Assembly (NCBI GenBank): GCA_038231435.1
Contig: JBBRLJ010000024.1
Location: 1-64,000 of the forward strand
Length of the DNA: 64,000 bases
Source of the DNA: Planctomycetota bacterium
Lineage (GTDB): Bacteria > Planctomycetota > UBA11346
Reading direction: 5' to 3'
Below, piece by piece: positions 1 to 9,373 of this stretch. The position numbers and the translations under genes are program-made. Positions within the stretch are counted from its first letter, which is position 1. Each line of letters starts with the position of its first letter. Under the pieces are notes generated by a model. It worked only from the letters and a program-made list of their open reading frames with translations. It was not told the DNA's origin and made no database searches.

Positions 1-145
1 CCGCGATGGGGCGGGCGCCGAGTGGCGGTGGGCGGATACAATCGGCGTAGCCGATCCGCCCACGTTTTCGCCGGCTCCGGCGAAAACGAGCCACGACAAA
101 GCCCGTGGGGTAGGCCGCAGGCCGTAGGGGCGAAGCCCCTGTGAT
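1..145 (+). repeat. ~150-bp multi-hairpin REP/BIME-like repeat, copy A (may continue off the window)
   Basis: Near-perfect reverse complement of 641-784. Contains hairpins GTTTTCGCCGG-CT-CCGGCGAAAAC, GGCC-GCA-GGCC and AGGGGC-GAA-GCCCCT; the last two begin at a GTAG. Confidence 0.9.
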
Positions 146-147
146 GA

Positions 148-232
148 TAGCCGATCCGCCCACGTTTTCGCCGGCTCCGGCAAAAACGAGCCACGACAAA
201 GCCCGTGGGGGCCGGGGGCAAAGCCCCCGCAT
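148..232 (+). repeat. Partial second copy of the repeat plus terminal hairpin GGGGGC-AAA-GCCCCC
   Basis: 148-210 duplicates 48-110 almost exactly; lies just past the stop of the 234-506 gene. Confidence 0.85.
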
Positions 233-233
233 T

Positions 234-506
234 TCAGATAGGATCGGGAAAGCCCCAGCGCTCGACCCACTCCGGCTTGAAGTAGGGGATGCTGCCGGCG
301 GCGGCGATGGCGAAGCCGAGGACGATGTAGGCGAGGCCCGCGCCGAGGGTGCCGATCACCATCAGCACCATCAGGCCGACGTAGAAGAGGATGGCGCCGA
401 TGCCGAGTTCGAGGCCCATGATGGTGCGCAGCAAGTCGCGGTCGTAGATCACGCGATCGACCTTGTTCTTGAGCGTTTCGCGGGGGATGTCGCGGGCGAT
501 GTTCAT
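234..506 (-). CDS. Small membrane protein (90 aa, two predicted TM helices)
   Basis: ORF with GC-biased codons, two hydrophobic stretches and upstream GGAGAGG SD-like sequence. Confidence 0.75.
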   Translation of the reverse strand: MNIARDIPRETLKNKVDRVIYDRDLLRTIMGLELGIGAILFYVGLMVLMVIGTLGAGLAYIVLGFAIAAAGSIPYFKPEWVERWGFPDPI

Positions 507-640
507 GGACTACCTCTCCATTCGGACCATTCGGTCGTGTGACGGTCGATGACGCCAGGCGTCCTGGCCAACGGGCTGATTGTACCAAGCTTCGCGCCGC
601 ACGGCCCTGGGAAATGGGTCGAGGGCTGTACAGAATTGTT

Positions 641-784
641 ATCACAGGGGCTTCGCCCCTACGGCCTGCGGCCTACCCACGGGCTTTGTCGTGGCTCGTT
701 TTCGCCGGAACCGGCGAAAACGTGGGCGGATCGGCTGCGCCGATTGTATTCGTCCACCGCCCCTCGGCGCCCGCCCCATCGCGG
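641..784 (-). repeat. ~150-bp REP/BIME-like repeat, copy B (inverted relative to 1-145)
   Basis: Direct comparison with the reverse complement of 1-145. Confidence 0.9.
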
Positions 785-853
785 AGCGATGGGGCCCCCA
801 TCGATCACGCCACGTCTAAACCGCGGCGCTAGCCGCTCGAGCGCCGAGCTCTG

Positions 854-960
854 GTTTGCGTGAACAATGGGCGCAGCCCATCACGCAAACTTTTTGGCCG
901 CACCGGCCAAAAAGAGGAGCGACAAAGCTCGTGGGGGACCGGGGGCGGAGCCCCCGCATC
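854..960 (+). repeat. Diverged member of the same hairpin repeat family, downstream of ruvB
   Basis: TTTTTGGCCG-CAC-CGGCCAAAAA, then CGACAAAGCTCGTGGGGG and GGGGGC-GGA-GCCCCC, mirroring 163-232; extra stem GTTTGCGTGA...TCACGCAAAC. Confidence 0.75.
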
Positions 961-962
961 AA

Positions 963-1976
963 CTAAAACAGCTTTTGCTGCGCCACGTCGTCGGGATCGG
1001 GCGGCGTCAGGCCGAGGTGCCGGTAGCCGAGCACCGTGAGTTGGCGACCGGTCGGGGTCTTGACCAGGTAGCCGGTCTGGATCAGGAAAGGCTCGTAGAT
1101 GTCCTCGATGGTGGCCTCGTCCTCGCCCACCGTCACGGCCACGGTCTTGAGGCCGACCGGGCGGCGATTGCGCGCGAGGCAATCGAGGATGCGGCGGTCG
1201 AGCTCGGTCAGGCCGGCCTTGTCGATGCCGAGCATGGCCAAGCCTTCCTCGGCGACGGCTCGGCTGATGCGGTTGCCGTAGCGGACCTGGGCCAGATCGC
1301 GGATGCGGCGCAGGTGGTTGTTGGCGTAGCGGGCGGTACCGCGGCTGCGCGCGGCGATGGCGGTGAGCCCGTCGGCTTCGTGCTCGACGCCCAGCAGCTG
1401 CGCGGAGCGCACTAGGATGATGCCCAACTCCTGCTCGCTATACAGGTCGAGCCGTTCGCGGATGCCGAAGCGCGAGCGGAACGGCGCGGTCAATTGGCCT
1501 TCACGCGTGGTCGCTCCGACCAAGGTGAACGGCGGCAGGGTCAGGGTCAGCGCCTGGGTCGTTGCGCCCTCGCCGAGTTGAATGGTGATGCGGAAGTCTT
1601 CCATTGCCGAATAGAGGTATTCCTCGACCACGCGCTTGAGGCTGTGGATCTCGTCGATGAACAGCACCGCTCCTGGTTTGAGCGATGAGAGAATGCCGGC
1701 GAGGTCGCCGGGCTTCTCGATCATCGGCCCCGAGGTCTCGCGGATCTCGGCCTCCATCTCGGCGGCCATGATGTGCGCCAGGGTGGTCTTGCCGAGACCT
1801 GGAGGGCCCGAGAGCAACACGTGATCGAGCTGATCCTTGCGCTGCCGTGCGGCCGATATGGCGAGGCTGAGGTTGCGCGTGACGGCGGTCTGGCCGGCGA
1901 AGTCGGCGAGTCGGCGCGGTCGTAGGGCGCGATCGGACGCCTCATCCCTGGCTTCGAAGCTCGGCGGCTGCCCCAT
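963..1976 (-). CDS. ruvB: Holliday junction branch migration helicase RuvB
   Basis: LRPRRLADFAGQ, GPPGLGKTT Walker A, FIDEIH, FTLVGATTR, SRGTAR, YEPFLIQ; AGGAG SD before ATG at 1976. Confidence 0.97.
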   Translation of the reverse strand: MGQPPSFEARDEASDRALRPRRLADFAGQTAVTRNLSLAISAARQRKDQLDHVLLSGPPGLGKTTLAHIMAAEMEAEIRETSGPMIEKPGDLAGILSSLKPGAVLFIDEIHSLKRVVEEYLYSAMEDFRITIQLGEGATTQALTLTLPPFTLVGATTREGQLTAPFRSRFGIRERLDLYSEQELGIILVRSAQLLGVEHEADGLTAIAARSRGTARYANNHLRRIRDLAQVRYGNRISRAVAEEGLAMLGIDKAGLTELDRRILDCLARNRRPVGLKTVAVTVGEDEATIEDIYEPFLIQTGYLVKTPTGRQLTVLGYRHLGLTPPDPDDVAQQKLF

Positions 1977-2056
1977 GGCTCCTATGTCACCTGGCGCAGA
2001 CGTGGTGCAAGAGGCAGGAGGTCGCCAGCCTGATGACGGAGCCCGGCCGGAGAGCG

Positions 2057-2227
2057 TCACTGTCCGGCATTGTCGCTGCGTTCGCCGCCGCCGCTCGGCT
2101 CGGACAAGCCGGAGAGGAAGCGAGGGACCCAGGTCATCGCCAGCCACACCACGCCCATGGCGCAGACCGCCATCGCGACGCCGATGAGCGCCCGGCGTAT
2201 CTTCCTCCGCCGGCCACGCCTGGTCAT
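2057..2227 (-). CDS. Small single-pass membrane protein (56 aa)
   Basis: Basic N-terminus MTRRGRRRKIRR followed by a hydrophobic helix; upstream of ruvB on the same strand. Confidence 0.5.
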   Translation of the reverse strand: MTRRGRRRKIRRALIGVAMAVCAMGVVWLAMTWVPRFLSGLSEPSGGGERSDNAGQ

Positions 2228-2438
2228 CGTCCTGACACGGACGCGTTCGGCGGACTGATCGCTCACGTGCTGCGTCGATGGTTCCGTGGATGGCTGCGTC
2301 GCGGTCTGTCCCACAGCCTTGACCTTAAGCCCAGACGCTGGCGAGTCCAGGTTGGCCGGCCAGGATGTCGCAAGTCCAGGCCACGGTGCGGCTCCAGCCG
2401 GCATTGACACCGCTGCCCGACAGGAAACGTCCATCCCC

Positions 2439-3413
2439 ATGCCCGGAACCATGCGCCCATGGGTGTTGACCGGAGCCGTGGTGGCGTTCGGCCTGGGCTT
2501 GTACTGGTTCGACAACGTCTTCTGCGAGACCCTCGGCGATTCATCGCTCAGGCGCCTGCTCAACGGGCTCGAGATCCTGCTCATGGGTCCGGGAATGGGC
2601 CTCTTGACCTGGATGGTATTCCTGAATTTCCGCCTCAGGGAGGAGCACAACCGCCGCCGCGTGGAGCAGGAACGGGCGCGGAGATTCCAGGCCCTGGGCA
2701 AGCTCGCGGCGAGTGTCGCCCACGAAGTGCGGAATCCGCTGCACAACCTGCGCCTGATCGCCGAGGGACTGGGGGATGGCGCCGATCCCGCTTCGCGCCC
2801 ATTGCTCGAGCGCATGGAAGCGAACCTGGCGCGCATCGACCAGGCGGTGTCCCTGGCGTACGAGCTGTCGCGGCCGGTGCGCGCCGATGACGGCGGCACC
2901 GGCTCGGTGGATGTGGACGCGATGATGGCCTCGCTGGTTGACGAGCTGCGCTCGTACCGCGGTACCCGCAACGAGATCGTCCACGTCCGCTCCACCACTC
3001 CATTGCGCGCGCGCGGGCACGACGCTGGATTGCGCTTTGGCCTCGGGAACCTGCTGCGCAACGCCATCGAGGCGGCGGGCGAGGGCGAGATCGTCATCTC
3101 GTGCTCATCCAGCAGAGAGAACAAAGAGAGCAAAGACGGGAACCACGGTCGGGAAGGCGATGGCCGCTGCCAGATCACGATCGAGAATTCGGGCGTGCTG
3201 CCTCCGGAAGTCCTGGCCGGTTCGGGCGAATATCCCTCGATCAAGCCGGATGGCTTGGGCATCGGCATCGCCATCGCGCGTCAACTGATCGCCAACGCCG
3301 GCGGCAGCATCGCCTTCGAGAGCCTGGATGGGCGAGTCGTCACTCGCGTCCTGCTGCGCTGCGCCGATGCTGGGTCTCCGGCCGCGGCCGGCGGAGGCCC
3401 GGCCCATGACTAA
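2439..3413 (+). CDS. Membrane sensor histidine kinase
   Basis: Two TM segments, H-box LAASVAHEVRNPL, N-box NLLRNAIEA, G2 GLGIG. Confidence 0.92.
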   Translation: MPGTMRPWVLTGAVVAFGLGLYWFDNVFCETLGDSSLRRLLNGLEILLMGPGMGLLTWMVFLNFRLREEHNRRRVEQERARRFQALGKLAASVAHEVRNPLHNLRLIAEGLGDGADPASRPLLERMEANLARIDQAVSLAYELSRPVRADDGGTGSVDVDAMMASLVDELRSYRGTRNEIVHVRSTTPLRARGHDAGLRFGLGNLLRNAIEAAGEGEIVISCSSSRENKESKDGNHGREGDGRCQITIENSGVLPPEVLAGSGEYPSIKPDGLGIGIAIARQLIANAGGSIAFESLDGRVVTRVLLRCADAGSPAAAGGGPAHD

Positions 3414-4002
3414 GCCAGTGATCAGGATCCTGATCGTCGATGACGAAGCGGACGCCCGCGAACTGCTCGTCCATGGGCTCGCGCGCAAGGGCTACGCCGC
3501 GGAAGGGGCGTGCGATGGCGAGGAGGCCTGCGCGTTGCTCGACGGCACCTTCGACGCGGTCGTGACCGACCTGGTAATGCCCAGGCTCGATGGCCTGGGG
3601 CTGCTCAAGCGCATCCCCGAACTCAATCCGCGCGCCATCAAGATCGTCATCACCAGCTTCGCGGACAAGGAACGTGCGATCGCCGCGCTGAACCTCGGCG
3701 CGAACCAGTTGATCGAGAAGCCATTCACCACCCAGAAGCTGGTCGACATCCTCGAGCGCACGCTGGGCGAGCGCGCGCTCGACTCGCCCAGCGAGGCGCT
3801 ACGCCGCCGCCTCGACGCGCTGCCGGTCACGGTGCGCGAGCGCGAACTGGTGCTGCACCTGCTGAAGGGCTTCTCGAACAAGGAGATCGCCCGGCTGATG
3901 GACGTTCGCGAGCAATCGGTGAAGAACTACCTGCACCACATGTACGCGAAGATCGGCATCACCAGCCGCAGCGAGCTGTTCCACATGATGTTCCCGCTGT
4001 GA
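3406..4002 (+). CDS. Response regulator (REC + LuxR-type HTH)
   Basis: ILIVDDE, VVTDLVMP, KPF; C-terminal GFSNKEIARLM...SVKNYLHHMYAKIG; overlaps the kinase stop. Confidence 0.93.
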   Translation: MTKPVIRILIVDDEADARELLVHGLARKGYAAEGACDGEEACALLDGTFDAVVTDLVMPRLDGLGLLKRIPELNPRAIKIVITSFADKERAIAALNLGANQLIEKPFTTQKLVDILERTLGERALDSPSEALRRRLDALPVTVRERELVLHLLKGFSNKEIARLMDVREQSVKNYLHHMYAKIGITSRSELFHMMFPL

Positions 4003-4089
4003 GGATCCAGAGCACTCGTCCAACCAACCTTGACTTTGCCGGTGGCCAGCGATAAACGCGTCCCTCCCAAAGGGATCGGTTCCCTGCAT

Positions 4090-4164
4090 TCCTCGGTAGC
4101 TCAGTGGTAGAGCAGGTGACTGTTAATCACCTGGTCGTAGGTTCGAATCCTACCCGGGGAGCCA
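4090..4164 (+). tRNA. tRNA-Asn (GTT)
   Basis: Acceptor TCCTCGG/CCGGGGA, D-loop AGTGGTAG, anticodon stem GGTGA-CT-GTT-AA-TCACC, GGTTCGAATCC, encoded CCA. Confidence 0.97.
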
Positions 4165-4349
4165 TTTTTGCGGTGCGATCGGCGAATATTCGGCCATTCC
4201 GGCGCTCTGGAGCCGACTTGGCGCGGCCCCGTCGGCCACCACGATCAACGTCTTTCGGCCCTTCGATGCCTCCCAGGTGAAACGTACCGTGGAACCGGCA
4301 CCCCACTGGTCCGTCGATCCCTCGTAGACGGTCCTCGCTCGGGCGACGC

Positions 4350-5570
4350 ATGAGCGATCGCGCGCTCGTCTGCGCATCCGCTTCTGTGCGCGGGTGCGCG
4401 ATCGGCATCCTCGGCGTGGCGCTCGCGCTGCAGTTCGCGGCCCGCGGATGGGACCAATCGCTGGCGTTCCTGGTGGTCGGCGCCGGGCTCGCAGGCGGGG
4501 CCATGGCCTCGGGGCTCGCCGCCTTCGTGGCGGATCACGCCCGACGTGCCTGGCTCGGGATGCTTGGCGCGCTGTCGGCGGCGGGCGTGGCCACCCTGGC
4601 GATCTGTCCGGACGTCCACGTGGCGCTGGGTGCGGCCTTCATCGGCATGCTCAATGGCATGGGCAAGGACCGCAGCGCCCAGCAGGTGCTCGAGACCGCG
4701 ATCCTGCCCGCCACCGCGAGCCACGCCGAACGCACGCTGGTCATCGCCCGCTACACCATGCTCCAGGACATCTCCATCGCTCTCGGCTTCGCGGCGTGCG
4801 CGGTGCCGCAGCGCGTGCTCGACCTCCAGCAGGCGCATCCGGCGGCGTTGCTCGGCGTCGCGGCGGCGCTGCTCGCAATGAGCGCGATCCTGCCGGTGTT
4901 CATGTCGGCGGCGGTCGAGGTGCCGCGCACGCGGGTCGCGATGCGGCTCTCGCCCAAGAGCCGCGCGGTACTCTGGCGCCTGTGCGGCCTGTTCTCGCTC
5001 GACGCGCTCGGCGGCGGATTCCTCACCGGGGCGCTGTTGTCGTGGTTCTTCCTCGAGCAGTTCCATGTCTCCGCGGCGCTGGTCGCCGGGCTGTTTTTCC
5101 TCGCGCGCATCGCCAACGCCTTCTCGCACCTGGGAGCGGCGTGGCTCGCGGCGCGTATCGGCCTGGTGAACACCATGGTGTTCACACACATCCCGTCCTC
5201 GCTGCTGCTCGCCACCGTGGGCTTCACCGGATCGTTGGGCGTCGCCGCAGCGCTCTTCCTGGTGCGCGAGAGCCTGGTCGAGATGGACGTGCCGACGCGC
5301 CAGTCGTACGTGATGGCGGTGGTGCGTCCCGAGGAGCGCACCTTCGTCTCCGCCGTCACCAGCCTTGTGCGCCTCATCGCCTGGGCGCTGTCGGCCTCGA
5401 TCTCGGGCGTGGTCATCGCCCACTTCGGTCTCGCCGCCCCGCTGCTGGTCGCCGCGACGCTCAAGATCACCTACGACATCCTGCTCTACTGGAGCTTCCG
5501 CCACCTCAAGCCACCCGAGGAGGAAGCGTCCGTCGCGCGTGATCCGTCGTCCGTCATCGCGGAGTCGTGA
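4350..5570 (+). CDS. MFS transporter
   Basis: About 12 hydrophobic segments; motifs FSLDALGGGF and EMDVPTRQSYVM. Confidence 0.88.
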   Translation: MSDRALVCASASVRGCAIGILGVALALQFAARGWDQSLAFLVVGAGLAGGAMASGLAAFVADHARRAWLGMLGALSAAGVATLAICPDVHVALGAAFIGMLNGMGKDRSAQQVLETAILPATASHAERTLVIARYTMLQDISIALGFAACAVPQRVLDLQQAHPAALLGVAAALLAMSAILPVFMSAAVEVPRTRVAMRLSPKSRAVLWRLCGLFSLDALGGGFLTGALLSWFFLEQFHVSAALVAGLFFLARIANAFSHLGAAWLAARIGLVNTMVFTHIPSSLLLATVGFTGSLGVAAALFLVRESLVEMDVPTRQSYVMAVVRPEERTFVSAVTSLVRLIAWALSASISGVVIAHFGLAAPLLVAATLKITYDILLYWSFRHLKPPEEEASVARDPSSVIAES

Positions 5571-5629
5571 TCAGCGTGGCTTCCGCGGGTTTTCGACGAC
5601 GGACGACGGGACTACGGACGTTGTCCGAG

Positions 5630-5866
5630 TCACTTGTCCCACGGCTCCGGAGCGCACGCCCGGGGCGGATTCTGCCCATCCTTCACCGCGAAGCAGGTCG
5701 CCTTGGTCTCGAGCATCGCTTGGAGGTATGGACCGCATCCGCCGCAGCCCATGCCGCATCCGGTCTCCAAGCTGATCTGCGCGACTGTGGTCCAGCCGCG
5801 GCTCTTCGCCATCTCGAGCAGCTCGGCGAAGCTCAGTCGGTAGCAGACGCATCGAGTGACGGCCAT
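5630..5866 (-). CDS. BFD-like [2Fe-2S]-binding protein
   Basis: C-x-C near the N-terminus and GCGMGCGGC(GPY) motif; 78 aa. Confidence 0.82.
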   Translation of the reverse strand: MAVTRCVCYRLSFAELLEMAKSRGWTTVAQISLETGCGMGCGGCGPYLQAMLETKATCFAVKDGQNPPRACAPEPWDK

Positions 5867-5951
5867 CGCCTGACACCCTATCCAGCGCACACGCATTGCC
5901 AATATCGCAAGCGGTCGGCTAGACGACGCGGGTCGCCCACCGACTGCGGGG

Positions 5952-6848
5952 TTAGCCTCGACGGAAGACTTCCGAGGACAGGTAACGATCGCCGCGATCG
6001 CAGGCGATGAACACCACCACTCCACGTTCGAGCGTCGCCGCGACCTCGAGCGCCGCCCACGCCGCCCCACCGGAGCTGATACCGACGAACACCCCCGCCT
6101 CGCGAGCGAGGCGGCGCGTGGTGTCCTCGGCGTCCTTCTGCGAGATATCCATGATGCGGTCGACCCGGCTCGGCTCGTAGATGGTCGGCAGGTACTCCTT
6201 CGACCAGCGGCGGATGCCGGGGATCGAGCTGCCCTCGGTGGGCTGGCAGCCGACGATCTGCACCGCCGCGTTGCGCTCCTTGAGGTAGCGGCTGACGCCC
6301 ATGATGGTGCCGGTGGTGCCCATGGCCGAGACGAAATGGGTGACCGCGCCGGCGGTGTCGCGCCAGATCTCGGGGCCGCTGGTCTCGTAGTGCGCGAGCG
6401 GGTTGTCCGGATTCGCGAACTGGTTGAGCATCAGAAAGGCGTCCGGCCGGCCGGCGCTCGCGCGCACCTGCTCGGCGGCGTAGTCGCGCGCCGGCTCCAT
6501 GCCGCCGTCGATCAGGTGGACCTTGGCGCCGAACGCCTCCATGGTCTGGGTGCGCTCGACCGTCAGCGTGTCCGGCATCACCAGGTGCATCTCGACACCC
6601 ACGGCCTTGGCGATCATCGCCAGCGCGATGCCGGTGTTGCCGCTGGTGGCTTCGATCAGGCGCATCCCGGGTTTGAGCTCGCCGCGGCGCTGGGCGCCCA
6701 GGATCATGCCCTTGGCGGCGCGGTCCTTCACCGACGAGGCGGGGTTGTTGCCTTCGCATTTGGCCAGCACCTGTACGCCCGGCCGGCCACAGAGGGCGGA
6801 TATGTCGCATAGCGGCGTATTGCCGACCAGATCCAGGAGCGAGGGCAT
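5952..6848 (-). CDS. cysM: Cysteine synthase B (PLP-dependent)
   Basis: VGNTPL, EGNNPASSVKDR, EATSGNTG, MGTTGT, IPGIRRW, CDRGDRYLS; AGGAG SD. Confidence 0.95.
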   Translation of the reverse strand: MPSLLDLVGNTPLCDISALCGRPGVQVLAKCEGNNPASSVKDRAAKGMILGAQRRGELKPGMRLIEATSGNTGIALAMIAKAVGVEMHLVMPDTLTVERTQTMEAFGAKVHLIDGGMEPARDYAAEQVRASAGRPDAFLMLNQFANPDNPLAHYETSGPEIWRDTAGAVTHFVSAMGTTGTIMGVSRYLKERNAAVQIVGCQPTEGSSIPGIRRWSKEYLPTIYEPSRVDRIMDISQKDAEDTTRRLAREAGVFVGISSGGAAWAALEVAATLERGVVVFIACDRGDRYLSSEVFRRG

Positions 6849-6934
6849 CGGTTCTCCTGCGCTGAGTCTCGGCCACGGACCGATTGAGCAAGCCCATCCG
6901 ACGCCTCCCTCGGCAGCGGCACCGGTCCGCGGAG

Positions 6935-8143
6935 TCAGCCCGGGATGTCCGAGCCGCCCACCAGTGCGAGGGCCTCCCCCGCGAGGTAGAAGCTGCCGGT
7001 GATGCACAGGTCGATCCCCGGTGGGGCTGCCGCGATGGCTTGGTTGACGTCGTCGCGCCACGGCCAGGCAGAGGCCGAGTCCGGCCAATCGCCCGACCGT
7101 CGCGCGCGCGGCGAGCGGTAGCCACAGCGCGCCACTGACAACCCGCGCGGGATGGCGGCGATCACCTCGTCGACCTCCTTGTCGCGGGCCAGGCCGAGGA
7201 TCAGCCCCCAGCCCGGGCGCAGGGCGGTTTCCGCCACCGCCAGGGTGGCTGCCACGCTCGGGCCGTTGTGGGCGCCGTCGACGAGCAGGCGGCGTCCGCA
7301 CCACTCGATCAGCTGGCAGCGCGCGGCGAGCCTGGCACCGGCCATGCCGCGCCGCGCGGTCGCCCCGTCGAGTCTCGGCCGATACAGCCGCGCCGCCGCG
7401 AAGGCCGTGGCGGCGTTCGCCTGCTGGTGCTCGCCAGGGAGCGCCAGCGTGAAGCGCAAGCCGGGATCCGGCCGCACCCACTCCGGCTTCGCGCCGACGA
7501 GCGGCAGCTGCGATGCGATCGCCTGCTCGGCCTCGGCGGATTGCGGGGCGATCACCAGCGGTTTTCCCGATCGCGCGATCGCCAGCTTCTCACGGGCGAT
7601 GTGCGCGAGCGTCGGTCCGAGGACATCGCGGTGGTCGTGGGAGAGGTGGGTGACGACCGCGACCTCGCAGTCGAGCGCGTTGGCGCAGTCGAGCCGTCCG
7701 CCGAGACCGACTTCGCAGACGAATGCCGTTCCCGGCCGCCGCGCGGCGAGCAGGCAGGCCACGGCGAAGGTGCGCTCGAAGTAGGTCAGGGGATCGCCGC
7801 CGCGTTCGAGCGACGCCACCTGCTCGCAGCAGGCGGCGACCGCCTCGGCCGAGGCGACCGCTCCATCGATCCGCCAGCGTTCGAGCACGCTGGTGACGTG
7901 CGGACTGGTGAAAGCCACCGTGGGCGAGCCGCCCGCGATCAGCGCCATCTCCGCCAGCCTGGCGACACTGCCCTTGCCCTTGGTTCCGGCGATGGTGAGA
8001 GGGGGCGGCGGCGGCGGCAGACGCCTCAGGAACGCGGCGATGCGCTCGAGCTTGATTTCGCGGAAGGTGCCTGAGCGCTCGTGATTGACCGAGGTATCGA
8101 GCCAGCTCTGGATGGCGTGCGCATCGGCCGCGATGGTCGCCAT
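6935..8143 (-). CDS. folC: Folylpolyglutamate synthase/dihydrofolate synthase
   Basis: IAGTKGKGS, FTSPHV, TYFE, EVGLGGRLDCAN, DGAHN, TGSFYL. Confidence 0.93.
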   Translation of the reverse strand: MATIAADAHAIQSWLDTSVNHERSGTFREIKLERIAAFLRRLPPPPPPLTIAGTKGKGSVARLAEMALIAGGSPTVAFTSPHVTSVLERWRIDGAVASAEAVAACCEQVASLERGGDPLTYFERTFAVACLLAARRPGTAFVCEVGLGGRLDCANALDCEVAVVTHLSHDHRDVLGPTLAHIAREKLAIARSGKPLVIAPQSAEAEQAIASQLPLVGAKPEWVRPDPGLRFTLALPGEHQQANAATAFAAARLYRPRLDGATARRGMAGARLAARCQLIEWCGRRLLVDGAHNGPSVAATLAVAETALRPGWGLILGLARDKEVDEVIAAIPRGLSVARCGYRSPRARRSGDWPDSASAWPWRDDVNQAIAAAPPGIDLCITGSFYLAGEALALVGGSDIPG

Positions 8144-8246
8144 GCCGGGATCATGGCTGGCATGGCCGTCGGGACAACGGGCCGCAGGGTCTTGTCGTCC
8201 CCGGAGGGGTCCTTGGCAGCCTGTCGCCGCGCCTACACTGCAGGCG

Positions 8247-9368
8247 ATGGTTCGACCGACGTTGCAGCTGCGGATCAACAAGGGCGACACCATCGACGGC
8301 AAGTACATCGTGCTGAAGAAGCTCGGCGAGGGTGGCTGCGGCTCGGTATTCCGCTGCCGCCACGTGAAGCGCGCCGAGGTCGAGGTCGCGGTCAAGATCC
8401 TCGAGAACGCCGTCGACTTGCCGCGCTTCAAGCGCGAGCAGCGCGTGCTCGGCGGCGTGCGCTCGAACGTCAACGTCATCAAGCTCCTCGACCACGGCGA
8501 CCACGACCGCCATCCCTACCTGGTGCTCGAGTTCATGGAGGGCGGCAGCCTGCGCGACCTGCTGAACTCGCGCGGCAAGCTGAGCGTCGAGGAAGCGGCC
8601 TGGGTGCTCATCCAGGCGGTGCGCGGGCTGCGCGCCTCGCACACCGTGCACCGCGACCTCAAGCCCGAGAACCTGCTGGTCAACAAGGGCCAGAACGGCC
8701 GCAACGTCACCTGGGTGATCGGCGATTCGCGCAAGGGCGCGGCGGTCAAGGTCGCCGATTTTGGCTTGGCCAAGAACCGCGATCCCGGTCAGACCAACCT
8801 GACCAACACCGGTCAGATCATGGGCACGCCGCTGTACATGAGTCCGGAGCAGTGCCGCAACACCCGCGACGTCACGATCCACAGCGATATCTATTCGCTC
8901 GGCGTGATCCTCTACGAACTGGTGGTGGGCAAGCCGCCGTTCGATGCCGACAACGCCTACGACATCATGGCCATGCATTGCAACGAGGAGATGCCGTATC
9001 CGCCGCGCATGGATCCGCGCATCCGCAACATCATCGCGCGCTGCTGCGCGAAATCCGCCAAGGACCGCTACCGCTCGCTGATCGCGCTCGAGCGCGACCT
9101 GTCGAGCGTGGCCGGACTCGGCGAACCCGCGCCCGACACCTTCCGCATCGGCGCTTTCATGATGCTGTTCCTGACCTTCCTGGTGATCGCCGCGCTGGTC
9201 TGGCTGGTCCACGACGATCTGCTGCGCATGGGCAAGGATTGGTGGAATGGCACCGGCGGCGCCAAGCCGCGCGCGGTCCAGCCCGCCGCGCCGATCTCAG
9301 CTTCGCCGACGTCATCCGCGCCGGGATCGCCGGTCGCGCCAGCTCCGGCGCACGCGGCCCCGCGCTGA
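8247..9368 (+). CDS. Hanks-type Ser/Thr protein kinase with C-terminal TM helix
   Basis: LGEGGCGSV, VAVK, HRDLKPEN, DFG, GTPLYMSPEQ, SDIYSLG; hydrophobic helix near the C-terminus. Confidence 0.95.
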   Translation: MVRPTLQLRINKGDTIDGKYIVLKKLGEGGCGSVFRCRHVKRAEVEVAVKILENAVDLPRFKREQRVLGGVRSNVNVIKLLDHGDHDRHPYLVLEFMEGGSLRDLLNSRGKLSVEEAAWVLIQAVRGLRASHTVHRDLKPENLLVNKGQNGRNVTWVIGDSRKGAAVKVADFGLAKNRDPGQTNLTNTGQIMGTPLYMSPEQCRNTRDVTIHSDIYSLGVILYELVVGKPPFDADNAYDIMAMHCNEEMPYPPRMDPRIRNIIARCCAKSAKDRYRSLIALERDLSSVAGLGEPAPDTFRIGAFMMLFLTFLVIAALVWLVHDDLLRMGKDWWNGTGGAKPRAVQPAAPISASPTSSAPGSPVAPAPAHAAPR

Positions 9369-9373
9369 GCCGA

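Noticed and set aside
141..863. ORFs 141-542, 539-832 and 549-863, and the N-terminal extension of 24237-25565
   Set aside because: They are translations of the hairpin repeat (the same pseudo-peptides recur at 24.3 kb), not genes.
4090..4350. Integrative element at tRNA-Asn or tRNA-Ser (AT-rich patch 14460-14486)
   Set aside because: No integrase and no duplicated tRNA 3' end found in the window.
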